A stretch of 64,000 nt of DNA, taken from positions 2,336,001-2,400,000 of the forward strand of contig OY764159.1 of the NCBI GenBank assembly GCA_963668175.1, given 5' to 3'. Every line of letters starts with the position of its first letter. Position 1 is the stretch's first letter. Of this stretch, positions 28,595 to 37,003 are shown one piece after another. The notes under the pieces are model-generated. The model made no database searches and was not told where the DNA came from. It was given only the letters and a program-made list of their open reading frames with translations. The translations under genes and the position numbers were made by a program. The stretch is from Syntrophales bacterium. GTDB taxonomy: Bacteria; Desulfobacterota; Syntrophia; Syntrophales; PHBD01.

Positions 28595-29338
28595 TCACCT
28601 TACATACCGGGCCACCACGCCCTCGATGGCGGCCTGATAGGCCATGGTCTTGAGAAGGGCGACCTGCTGCTGGTCGGAACGGGCACGGATGAGGGAAGCG
28701 CTGTAGGCCTTGTCTTCAAAGGTTTTCGGCGCAAAAATTTCCCACTGTCCGGTCCTGACATCGACCAGGGCGACCTTCAGGCGAATGCGCAGCTCCTGCG
28801 CTTCGTCGGGAATGACCATGCCGACGATGGGCACCCAGGAGACGGTCTTCGTCCCGAGGTTCGTCGTCCCCGATTCGAGGACGCCCCAATAGACAACGAT
28901 TTTATCGATGCCCGCCCTGGCGGCGGCGAGGCGAAGAGCCTTCGCATAGCTCTCGTTGGTTTTTTTGTCCTGTTCGGGCACGCCGGTGAAGATACTGACG
29001 GAAAAATATTTCTCCGCGCTTGCGGTCATGTCCTGATCGGGGATCATGGCGCCCGATTGGATGAGGAGGATGGCGTCGCCTTTCCGCAGGGTGAGCCGGC
29101 TTCTGCCGGTATTGGGGGCAGCGGCGGCAGCGGCGATCTCCTGCTCCGTAATGTCCTTTTTGGCATCGATGCCGAGGATGTCGAATTCGCTCAACTCGCC
29201 TTTATAGAGCGGGTTGTCGCTTCCCCGGCCGTAATAGCCGCCGGGCGACCTGTAGCCCGAGTCGGAGATGGACCGCGTGGAGCATCCGGCGAGGAGGATC
29301 AGGAACAGAAGCAGCATCAACAAAACCGTTTTTTTCAT
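28595..29338 (-). CDS. Hypothetical lipoprotein
   Basis: Lipobox LAGC; SD AAGGAG; C-terminal ALVDVRTGQW. Confidence 0.8.
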   Translation of the reverse strand: MKKTVLLMLLLFLILLAGCSTRSISDSGYRSPGGYYGRGSDNPLYKGELSEFDILGIDAKKDITEQEIAAAAAAPNTGRSRLTLRKGDAILLIQSGAMIPDQDMTASAEKYFSVSIFTGVPEQDKKTNESYAKALRLAAARAGIDKIVVYWGVLESGTTNLGTKTVSWVPIVGMVIPDEAQELRIRLKVALVDVRTGQWEIFAPKTFEDKAYSASLIRARSDQQQVALLKTMAYQAAIEGVVARYVR

Positions 29339-29448
29339 GGGTATCTCCTTTCTGCGATAACGATGCATTTATGAAGCTGATCGGAAATCGCAACATCCTG
29401 TCCGGCGAAGGGGTTTCTGCATCGGTCCATTACAAATGACGGGTAGGT

Positions 29449-29988
29449 TTAGGCTTCCCTTTCCGGTTTACTTTCCGCGTTTTTCTTTCTCTTTTCCATC
29501 TCTGCCTTGAGTTCCTTGGCGAATTCCTCGATGACTTTCATGAGTTTCGGTTGTATCTCCGGCATGTGTTTTTGCGCGATGGACATGCCTTGCTGCGTTA
29601 ACGCCGGCATTTTGTCGATAACCGACTGGCCGACCGGGCTCTTATAGAACGCCAGCATGCCCTTCAGTTCATCTTCGGTGAACGTCTGTGCGTAGAGATT
29701 GATCATATCGTCTTTCAGGGTTTGCCAGCTCAGATATTGCTCCATGATGTCCACGATCTTGTCGGTGTATTTCTTCAGCAGAGGCCGCAGATCCTCCGGA
29801 GCGCCCATCTCCGTGAACTGCTTCTCCACCATGGATCGCATCGCGGTGTAAAAGGGCTTTAACATCTGGTCGACTTTCATGGTTTGCAGCAAATCTTCCG
29901 TGATCGCCCTCTGGGAAGCGGTGTCGGCATGGGCAACGGGAATAGAGACGGATAGAGCGATAGCAAACGCCAAGAACAGTTTCTTCAT
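29449..29988 (-). CDS. DUF2059-like secreted protein
   Basis: Signal peptide AHA; YAQTFTEDELKGMLAFYKSPVGQSVIDKMP. Confidence 0.85.
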   Translation of the reverse strand: MKKLFLAFAIALSVSIPVAHADTASQRAITEDLLQTMKVDQMLKPFYTAMRSMVEKQFTEMGAPEDLRPLLKKYTDKIVDIMEQYLSWQTLKDDMINLYAQTFTEDELKGMLAFYKSPVGQSVIDKMPALTQQGMSIAQKHMPEIQPKLMKVIEEFAKELKAEMEKRKKNAESKPEREA

Positions 29989-30459
29989 CTACACCTCCGG
30001 TATCCTTCGGAATTCAGCGAGACACATGACCGTTTGGAGCTCGATGCAATGTTCGCGGATTTTACAACATAGTATGTTAAAAAGAAAATATATTTATTGG
30101 CATAATCTCTATAAAGATATGCGTGGCATAACGCATGTCGTATCCGTCGGGATCGGAATCGAAATCGGCAGATACGGGCAAAGCGGCGGGACCGGGCGAT
30201 GCACGCGATTGGAAATGCCGGATGTTTTCTTCATGACCGGCGCACCGGCTTCGCGAAAAACCGGGGGCGGCGGATGGCCCGTGTATCCGCATGATACGCC
30301 CGAAATGGCAAATGATTTGACTTTCCCCTGCAACTGGGGCACATTGACCCGTAATACTTGTTGTCCCCCCACCTGTAAGACATATTGAAAACCGTAGTAT
30401 TTTGTTTTTCGTAAAGCGGTTACAGCACAAGAAAACCGAATAGCGTAAGGAGCAGGATC

Positions 30460-31056
30460 ATGAGAAGCATCGAAAAGGCGCTTTGGGGATTTCCGGCGGC
30501 ACTGTTTTGCGTTTTCCTGGCCGTGTCCGGTGTCTTTGCCCAGGAAGAGACAATCCGCGCGAAGATAGGCATCGTGGCGTCGTCGGGAAGCAAGTCATGG
30601 CTCGCCAAGTCGCGCGACCAGGTGGCAGCGGGTGTGAAGCTTCGCGTTTACGTCCGACCCGAGGTTAAGGCCCACGTCTATGTCGTCCATACGGACGGGA
30701 AGGCCGTAACGCTCCTCGCCTATAAAGTCGTTCAGGATTCCACGCTGGTCCTGCCGTCCGAGAAGGGCGCGTATGAGATCGACGGCGAGAGCGCTTCGGA
30801 GGCCTTTACCGTCGTGTGCGGCCTGAAAGAGATCGAAGAACTTTCCGCGTTGAAAGACACGGCGATGCCGTACAAGCAATGGGCGGCGCTCGAGGAAAAG
30901 CTGATCCGTCAAAGCAGGATCGAGATGGGTAAGGCGGCGGATAAACCTGTCGCGATTGCGGGCAGCGTCCGCGGCGTTCAGCCGGACCGTTCCATGCCGA
31001 CATTCTCCGCCAGGGCCGCGATCGTGAAGAAATATGCATTCAGCGTTAAAAAATAG
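30460..31056 (+). CDS. Secreted DUF4384-like beta-sandwich protein
   Basis: Signal VFA-Q; HVYVVHTDGKAVTLL...LVLPS...YEID...E pattern. Confidence 0.6.
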   Translation: MRSIEKALWGFPAALFCVFLAVSGVFAQEETIRAKIGIVASSGSKSWLAKSRDQVAAGVKLRVYVRPEVKAHVYVVHTDGKAVTLLAYKVVQDSTLVLPSEKGAYEIDGESASEAFTVVCGLKEIEELSALKDTAMPYKQWAALEEKLIRQSRIEMGKAADKPVAIAGSVRGVQPDRSMPTFSARAAIVKKYAFSVKK

Positions 31057-33226
31057 GAAGCACCTGAAGGTCATCCTTGCGGTCTGGTCTGTGCTCCTCT
31101 TGGCTGTCACGGCCTGTCTGTTCTTCCAGGGAAGCGGCTGGACGACGTACGATTTTCAGGTCGTCGACTATTTTTATCGCTCGGCCATACAGCACGGCCA
31201 CGGTCCCCGGAAGTCCGACAGGATCGTTCTGGTGCCGATCACGGATCGTTCCTACCGCTATTTCGGCAAAAACTATCTCGACCGCGGCGACCTGGCCCGG
31301 GTGAACGATGCGCTTGCGGAGCTGGACGTCCAGGCCGTCGCCTACGACATCATCTTTCCGTTGCCGAGCAGCAAAATCTCCGACGACGCCTTCGCTGCGT
31401 CCATAGGCAGGCTGGGACGCGTCTACCTGCCTGCGGGTCTGCAATACGGCGACTCGAACGAGCCTTTCAGAATCCCGTCCGGGGAAAAGGAGAACAACGG
31501 ATTTTCGGACCGCCTGCGCAAACCGCGCGAGGGGGGTAAAGGATCTCCGTTTTACGGAACGAAGGCGGTTCTCCAGTACCGGCCGTTTACGAAGGCCGCC
31601 TTCAATGCGGGTCATATCAGCGATTACGGCGATCCGGACGGGACGCACCGCCATGCGATCCTGCTGATCAAGGTCGGCGACGGCTATTTCCCCGCCCTCA
31701 GCCTGGCCATGTTTCTCGATTCCATCGGGGTGCCCTTCGAACAGGTCACGGTGGACTGGGGCCGCGGGATCGTCATCCCGGCGCTTCCGGGCGGCGCGCT
31801 GGAGAAGGAGGTGGTCATCCCCATCGACAACCGGGGCCGCGCCTTCATCCCCTTCCCGGACGTCTGGGAGAAGGGGTTTCCGATGATAGAGGCCGAGCGG
31901 CTTCTCGAACTGGCTGGCGACGAGTCCGTGAGGGGAAACCTCATGGAGTTCTTCGAGGGGAAGTTCGTCCTGATCGGCGATATTTCGACGGGCATCGGCG
32001 ATCTGGGCAATACGCCCCTGGAGGGCAACGTGCCCCTCGTCATGACGCACGCATCGCTGGTGAACGCCATGCTGACGAATTCCTTCTACACCCCGTGGAC
32101 ATTCCGGAAGGTCGTCGTCGCCGTCTGGCTGATTGCCGTCCTGATCGGCTTTTCGGCCTGTTTCAAGTCCTGGTGGGCGCCTTACGCAGCGGGCGCCGCC
32201 GTGCTCGCAGGCGTCCCGGTTCTGGCCTGGGCGCAGATGATCCATTTCACCCTGGTCCCCGTATTCACGATAGGCGCTTCTTCCCTTTTCATCTTTGTCG
32301 GATTGGTCTGCGGTTTGGAAGTATCGACGGGCAGGGACCGGACGCGCATCCGGAACATCTTTTCAAAGTACGTCCCGAAGGAGGTCGTCGACCGGCTGCT
32401 TGAAAAACCGGAACTGCTGAGCCTGGGAGGCGAGGAGCGCGTCGTCACCGTGCTTTTCGCCGATATTGTCAATTTCACCGTCCTGGCGGAAAAGACGGAA
32501 CCGGGGCGGCTGGTCGCGCTCCTCAACGAATACCTCGGCGAGATGACGAGCATCGTCTTTTCCCACGGGGGCATCATCGACAAGTATATCGGGGACAGCA
32601 TCATGGCCGAATACGGCGTGCCCCTGCCGATTCCGGACCACGCGGACCGGGCCGTCCGGACGGCGCTGGCCATGCAGAAACGGCTGGGAGAGCTTCGCGC
32701 CGCCTGGATGGATCGGGGCTATCCGGAGATCGACTGCTGCATCGGCATCAATACCGGATCTGTGATCGTGGGCAACATGGGGTCCCGCGAGATACTGGAC
32801 TACACGGTCATCGGCGACTCGGTCAATCTCGCATCGCGTCTTGAGGGCATCAACAGGCACTACGGCACGCGCATCCTCGTTTCGGGATTCACGCTTGAGA
32901 GCACGACGCCCGGTGCGTTCAAAACGCGACTCGTGGACATCATCAAGGTGAAGGGCAAGTCCGAAGCGGTGAGCATCCACGAAGTCTGCGGCGACGGCTC
33001 GACCGTTATCGGTCCGGATGATACCGCCTATTACGGGGCCTACCGGGAGGGATTCGAAGCTTATCGAAGCCGGCGGTTCGACGAGGCGCAGGAAAGATTT
33101 AAGGAAGCTTTGGCGTCAAGGCCGGGCGACCTCGCCGCAGGTGCGATGATCGCGAGAATCGACGGCATGAAACACGAAAAGCCGCCGGAAGACTGGGACG
33201 GCTCCTTCCTCTTTTCCGTGAAATGA
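31034..33226 (+). CDS. CHASE2-domain class III adenylate/guanylate cyclase
   Basis: CHASE2 motifs (AYDIIF, DPDGTHR, GKFVLIG, NTP); three TM segments; cyclase motifs LFADIVNFT, DKYIGD, YTVIGDSVNLASRLE, VKGK. Confidence 0.93.
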   Translation: MHSALKNRKHLKVILAVWSVLLLAVTACLFFQGSGWTTYDFQVVDYFYRSAIQHGHGPRKSDRIVLVPITDRSYRYFGKNYLDRGDLARVNDALAELDVQAVAYDIIFPLPSSKISDDAFAASIGRLGRVYLPAGLQYGDSNEPFRIPSGEKENNGFSDRLRKPREGGKGSPFYGTKAVLQYRPFTKAAFNAGHISDYGDPDGTHRHAILLIKVGDGYFPALSLAMFLDSIGVPFEQVTVDWGRGIVIPALPGGALEKEVVIPIDNRGRAFIPFPDVWEKGFPMIEAERLLELAGDESVRGNLMEFFEGKFVLIGDISTGIGDLGNTPLEGNVPLVMTHASLVNAMLTNSFYTPWTFRKVVVAVWLIAVLIGFSACFKSWWAPYAAGAAVLAGVPVLAWAQMIHFTLVPVFTIGASSLFIFVGLVCGLEVSTGRDRTRIRNIFSKYVPKEVVDRLLEKPELLSLGGEERVVTVLFADIVNFTVLAEKTEPGRLVALLNEYLGEMTSIVFSHGGIIDKYIGDSIMAEYGVPLPIPDHADRAVRTALAMQKRLGELRAAWMDRGYPEIDCCIGINTGSVIVGNMGSREILDYTVIGDSVNLASRLEGINRHYGTRILVSGFTLESTTPGAFKTRLVDIIKVKGKSEAVSIHEVCGDGSTVIGPDDTAYYGAYREGFEAYRSRRFDEAQERFKEALASRPGDLAAGAMIARIDGMKHEKPPEDWDGSFLFSVK

Positions 33227-33297
33227 CGGGGTCGCGCAAGAGTCTTGTTCAAGATCGGGAGGACATTTGCCCTCTGTGACGGCGGCGATGGAGGCGT

Positions 33298-33483
33298 CCG
33301 CTCTGTCCTGGCAAATATGCACACGATGATCGCCTTTTGCCTGGATTTGAATTCAGATGTCTGTCGGTAGGTTTTAAATCCATCAATAACCGGATCCATG
33401 ATCATGTCCATGATAATCGGATAGGCATCATTTGTCTTCAGGTATTCAACAGCCTTCTTCCCGCTCGATGCCGCAGTGACGTC
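33298..33483 (-). pseudogene. Decayed receiver-domain fragment of a hybrid kinase
   Basis: SSGKKAVEYLKTNDAYPIIMDMIMDPVIDGFKTYRQTSEFKSRQKAIIV aligns with TSGEEAAAYLRENEVDLVILDMIMEPGIDGFETYRRISEIRPKQKAVIV of 2754-5186. Confidence 0.75.
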
Positions 33484-33553
33484 TGGCTGAGCCGCGATAG
33501 AATCTTTATCCCTGGGATCCGCCAAATAAAGATAAAAGGTTGTTCTTCTCTAT

Positions 33554-33886
33554 TCAGTGCGGCACTGCTTTGGAGAATAGGTTTAGTATTGCGACACCAG
33601 CGACAATCAGGGACATGCCTAAAATTGCCGGGGCATCCAGATGCTGCCCGAAGCATAGCCAACCGACAAACGCGATCAGGACTATTCCTGCACCGCTCCA
33701 TATCGCATATGCAATACCTACAGGAATCGCGCGAAGCGTCAGCGATAGAAAGAAGAACGCTACACCATAAGCGACAATAGTCAATAATGACGGCCATAAC
33801 CTACTGAAGCCTTCGCTCGCTTTGAGACCCGACGTTCCAATCACTTCCGCAACTATCGCTGTCAAAAGGTAAATCCAATTTTTCAT
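33554..33886 (-). CDS. SMR family efflux pump, Qac/EmrE subtype
   Basis: 110 aa, four TM segments, Glu14 (IVAEVIGT), IPVGIAYAIWSG; AT-richer than the flanks. Confidence 0.92.
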   Translation of the reverse strand: MKNWIYLLTAIVAEVIGTSGLKASEGFSRLWPSLLTIVAYGVAFFFLSLTLRAIPVGIAYAIWSGAGIVLIAFVGWLCFGQHLDAPAILGMSLIVAGVAILNLFSKAVPH

Positions 33887-34045
33887 CATGTTTCCTTTCA
33901 CACTCGGGAAATAGCGGATGGTTGTCCCTTTATGTATATTACAAATTCACCCCCATCTATCCTGTTTTGCTTCTCTTGATTACTCATATTCCATTTCGCG
34001 GACATCAGGAAGCGATCGCCGGACCTAGGCGTGTTTTTAATACAC

Positions 34046-34091
34046 GAAGGCCGCCCCTGGGGTTTCGGGAAACCGTGCAGGGGCGGCCTTC
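34046..34091. terminator. Hairpin terminator, repeat family copy A
   Basis: 14-bp perfect stem GAAGGCCGCCCCTG/CAGGGGCGGCCTTC with inner GGTTTC/GAAACC, downstream of the rhodanese gene. Confidence 0.6.
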
Positions 34092-34185
34092 GTTTGTTAA
34101 GATTCATGGATGCGCAGGGAAATGTCTTCCCGGCTATTCTGCGTGTAAACGGGCCGCTGGTGGCGGCTTGGCCCGCGACTGCCCG

Positions 34186-35472
34186 CTACTTGGCTCGCCA
34201 GCCTTCGAACTTCCCGCTGAAGAAGTCGATGTTCCGGTACCCCAGCATGGTCAGAACCGTGTATGTGTGCGTCAGCTGGAAGCCGGCGCGCGCGTAGATG
34301 ATGACGCGCTTGTTCGGCGACAGGCCCGCCTTCGCATAGACGGCGCGCAACGCCTCCGGCGCCAGCAGACTGCGGTCGGTGTCGAAGGTATCGTTCCAGA
34401 AGACGTTAACCGACGTCGGGATGTGGCCCCAGTCGTAGTCGGCCGGTGAGCGGACATCGATGATGACCACGGTCTTGCGGTTGTCGTCGATCGCCGCCTG
34501 CAACTCCTTTCGGTCGACGAAGCGCGGGCTCGTTTTATTGTCCATGCTGCTGTAGGCAGCCCCGAAGGTGTAATTCGCCACGGAGATTTCCTGCTTCGCT
34601 TTCGGCTCGCGGCTCCACTCGTCCCAGCTGGGATCGTAGAAGACGATGTTCTTGTAGCCGAGATTGCGCATCGCCAGGAAATTGTTCGCCGCGTAGACGC
34701 CGCTGCCGCAGTAGGCGACGACCTGCTTGGTGCCGTCGACGCCGGCGCGTTTGAACAGGCGCGCAACTTCGTCGACAGGTTTGAGCTTGCCCTGCGCAGT
34801 CAGCAGAGAGGCTTGCGGCATGGACCGCGCCGTCGGAACGTGGCCGTCGATATAGGCGGACTCGTCCCGGCCGTCGATGATTATCGCGTCGACCGCGCCG
34901 ATCTTCGAGGCCACATAGGCCATGTCGACCCGCGGGTCGCTCTTCTTTGTCATGCGGAAGCTGCCGGGAGTCACGTTCACCGGTGTCTTGCTGAGTTCGC
35001 CGTTCCACCCTTTGATGCCGCCGTCGAGGACGTGGATGCGCCCGCCGAACCCGGCATATTCTAACATCACATAGGCCCGGCCCGGCAGCGCCGATGTCTC
35101 GTAGACGAGCAGGGTGTCCTTGTAGGTGAGGCCGGCGTCGGCGATCGTTTTCTCGATCACCTGGTCGCTCGCGAATTCATTGCGGATGCCGTTTACCTCA
35201 CCCACGTTCATTGCCCGCCACGGGAAGCTGATGGCGCCCGGGATATGACCAGCAGCGTAGTCCTTGCCTGAGCGCAGGTCGAGAACCTTGGCACCGCGCG
35301 CGATCAGCGACTGGGCCTGAGCCGTGGAGACGATGATGGGCAGGTCGGGACTCTTCGCCTGTGCCGCTTCGATGGGAACAAACAGCAGGCTTGCCATAAA
35401 GAGAGCGGCGGCAACCAATGCCGTCCCCGGACGCAGCCCTTCGCCGCGAATGCCTTTCAGAGATAATGTCAT
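34186..35472 (-). CDS. Exported sulfurtransferase with three rhodanese domains
   Basis: Signal AQA; three D(L/G/V)R...GH(I/V)P repeats; YCGSG loop and YDPSWDEWS in domain 2. Confidence 0.9.
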   Translation of the reverse strand: MTLSLKGIRGEGLRPGTALVAAALFMASLLFVPIEAAQAKSPDLPIIVSTAQAQSLIARGAKVLDLRSGKDYAAGHIPGAISFPWRAMNVGEVNGIRNEFASDQVIEKTIADAGLTYKDTLLVYETSALPGRAYVMLEYAGFGGRIHVLDGGIKGWNGELSKTPVNVTPGSFRMTKKSDPRVDMAYVASKIGAVDAIIIDGRDESAYIDGHVPTARSMPQASLLTAQGKLKPVDEVARLFKRAGVDGTKQVVAYCGSGVYAANNFLAMRNLGYKNIVFYDPSWDEWSREPKAKQEISVANYTFGAAYSSMDNKTSPRFVDRKELQAAIDDNRKTVVIIDVRSPADYDWGHIPTSVNVFWNDTFDTDRSLLAPEALRAVYAKAGLSPNKRVIIYARAGFQLTHTYTVLTMLGYRNIDFFSGKFEGWRAK

Positions 35473-35855
35473 AACTCCTCCTTCCGTTCGAGATTGAATC
35501 GATACAAACTTGCCTTTGATGTTACGGAATATAGAATCGCAGTGTTGACCTGTCAAGGGTATTCTTCATGGAAAACCGGGGACCCCCTATGCAGGGGGCG
35601 CGGCGGCGAGACTTCTTGAGCGAAGAATGCTTAAGCTGCCGCGGTCCTGTTCTAAGTCTTAAGATTCATGTTTGGCCCCCTTGTCTGTCGGAAAGGCATT
35701 TCCCGCCTCCGCGGTTTCGGAGAAACCGGGCAGGGGCGGCCTTCTTTTCAACGGCAAATTTAACGCCTTAAATAAGATTCATTAATGCGCAGAGAATCGC
35801 TTTCCCGGGCGCACTGCGGGGAGCGAGCCGGCGACGGTGTCCAAAGACGTTTCGC

Positions 35856-36704
35856 TCAATGGTTGTTTGCCCCGAGGCCCGTGAGTTTTTCGCTCAGCGT
35901 CCGCAAGCGGCGCCGCGCCTCCGCGTCGTAGGCCTGGGCGTCGGCGCGCGACTTCTGTGTCCCGTTGAAATAAGCCCCGGTTACGCCGTCAAGCTCGGGG
36001 GACAGGGCGACGTATTCCACGGCGCGTGCGCCCTCCTCGACGGTGCTCATGGGGCCCCCGAAAAAATCGCTCTCCAGCACCATCCGCGTGTTCATGAGTG
36101 ACGCGGGATGAAGGCTGTTGACCGTAACGCCGCTATCGCGCAACGCTTCGGCGAGATCGAACGTGAACATGATCTGCGCCAGCTTGCTCTGGCGGTAGGC
36201 CCGCAGGCCGCTATACCCGCGCTCAAGCATGACGTCGTCGAAATCGACGGCCTGCTGGCCTACGGAAGCGACGTTGACGATGCGGCTGGGAGCCGACCGG
36301 CGAAGGAGCGGCAGAAGCTTGTGCGTGAGAACGTAATGGGCCAGGTAATTGACGGCAAACCTCAGCTCATGTCCGTCCGCGCTTAGTTCGCGTCCGGTCT
36401 GGCGATAGCCCATGCCGGCGGCGGCGTTATTGACGAGCACGTCGAGACGGTCCTGGTCGTGCAGGATTTCCCCGGCCAGTCTCCGGACGGCGTCCAGCGA
36501 GGAGAGGTCGGCGTTATAATAAACGAGATTGCCGTTTCCGGTCGCATTGAGGATTGCGCGCATGGCGGCTTCCCCCTTCAGCCGGTCCCGCCCGTGCAGC
36601 AGGATTTTTGCTCCCCGCGCAGCCATGTCGAGGGCGACCTTCATGCCGAGGCCGGCGGTTGCGCCCGTAATGAAGAAGACCCGATCCTCAAGTGCCTGAG
36701 CCAT
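35856..36704 (-). CDS. SDR family oxidoreductase (retinol-dehydrogenase-like)
   Basis: ITGATAGLG, LVNNA, IVNVAS, YRQSK, SLHP. Confidence 0.92.
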   Translation of the reverse strand: MAQALEDRVFFITGATAGLGMKVALDMAARGAKILLHGRDRLKGEAAMRAILNATGNGNLVYYNADLSSLDAVRRLAGEILHDQDRLDVLVNNAAAGMGYRQTGRELSADGHELRFAVNYLAHYVLTHKLLPLLRRSAPSRIVNVASVGQQAVDFDDVMLERGYSGLRAYRQSKLAQIMFTFDLAEALRDSGVTVNSLHPASLMNTRMVLESDFFGGPMSTVEEGARAVEYVALSPELDGVTGAYFNGTQKSRADAQAYDAEARRRLRTLSEKLTGLGANNH

Positions 36705-37003
36705 ATCTATCGCTCCCTTTTCGGTAAGTAACATTCGACGGACAGGCTCCCGGCGGAACCGGTCCGCTTTTTCCTTTTCATTTGCGAAACGATCGGAAGA
36801 CGGACGATCTGCGACCGGTATAGGTCAGCCATCATTCCTTCGTCAACGCGATGCCGGCGGCCGTCCGAAGGCATGCCGTTTCCGGGAGCCGTCCCCGCCG
36901 ATTCCGGAACACAGGCGGGGGTGCCTTCGCGTTGCGGTATGATGTCGTTGTCTGCCTGCGGGCGTTCTTGCTCTGCGTCGCCCGCCGGCGGCTGTCGGGA
37001 ATC

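Noticed and set aside
30139..30177. Hairpin containing GGGATCGGAATCGAAATCGG as a possible ncRNA or repeat
   Set aside because: Single imperfect copy in this window with no family features I can support.
33061..33525. 154-aa ORF as an intact response regulator
   Set aside because: It lacks the N-terminal acidic pocket and the conserved Lys, and its tail runs antisense into the cyclase. Treated as a pseudogene fragment.
33900..34185. Integron attC site next to the qac-like gene
   Set aside because: No properly paired RYYYAAC/GTTRRRY ends and no integrase. The hairpin is better explained as a terminator-type repeat.
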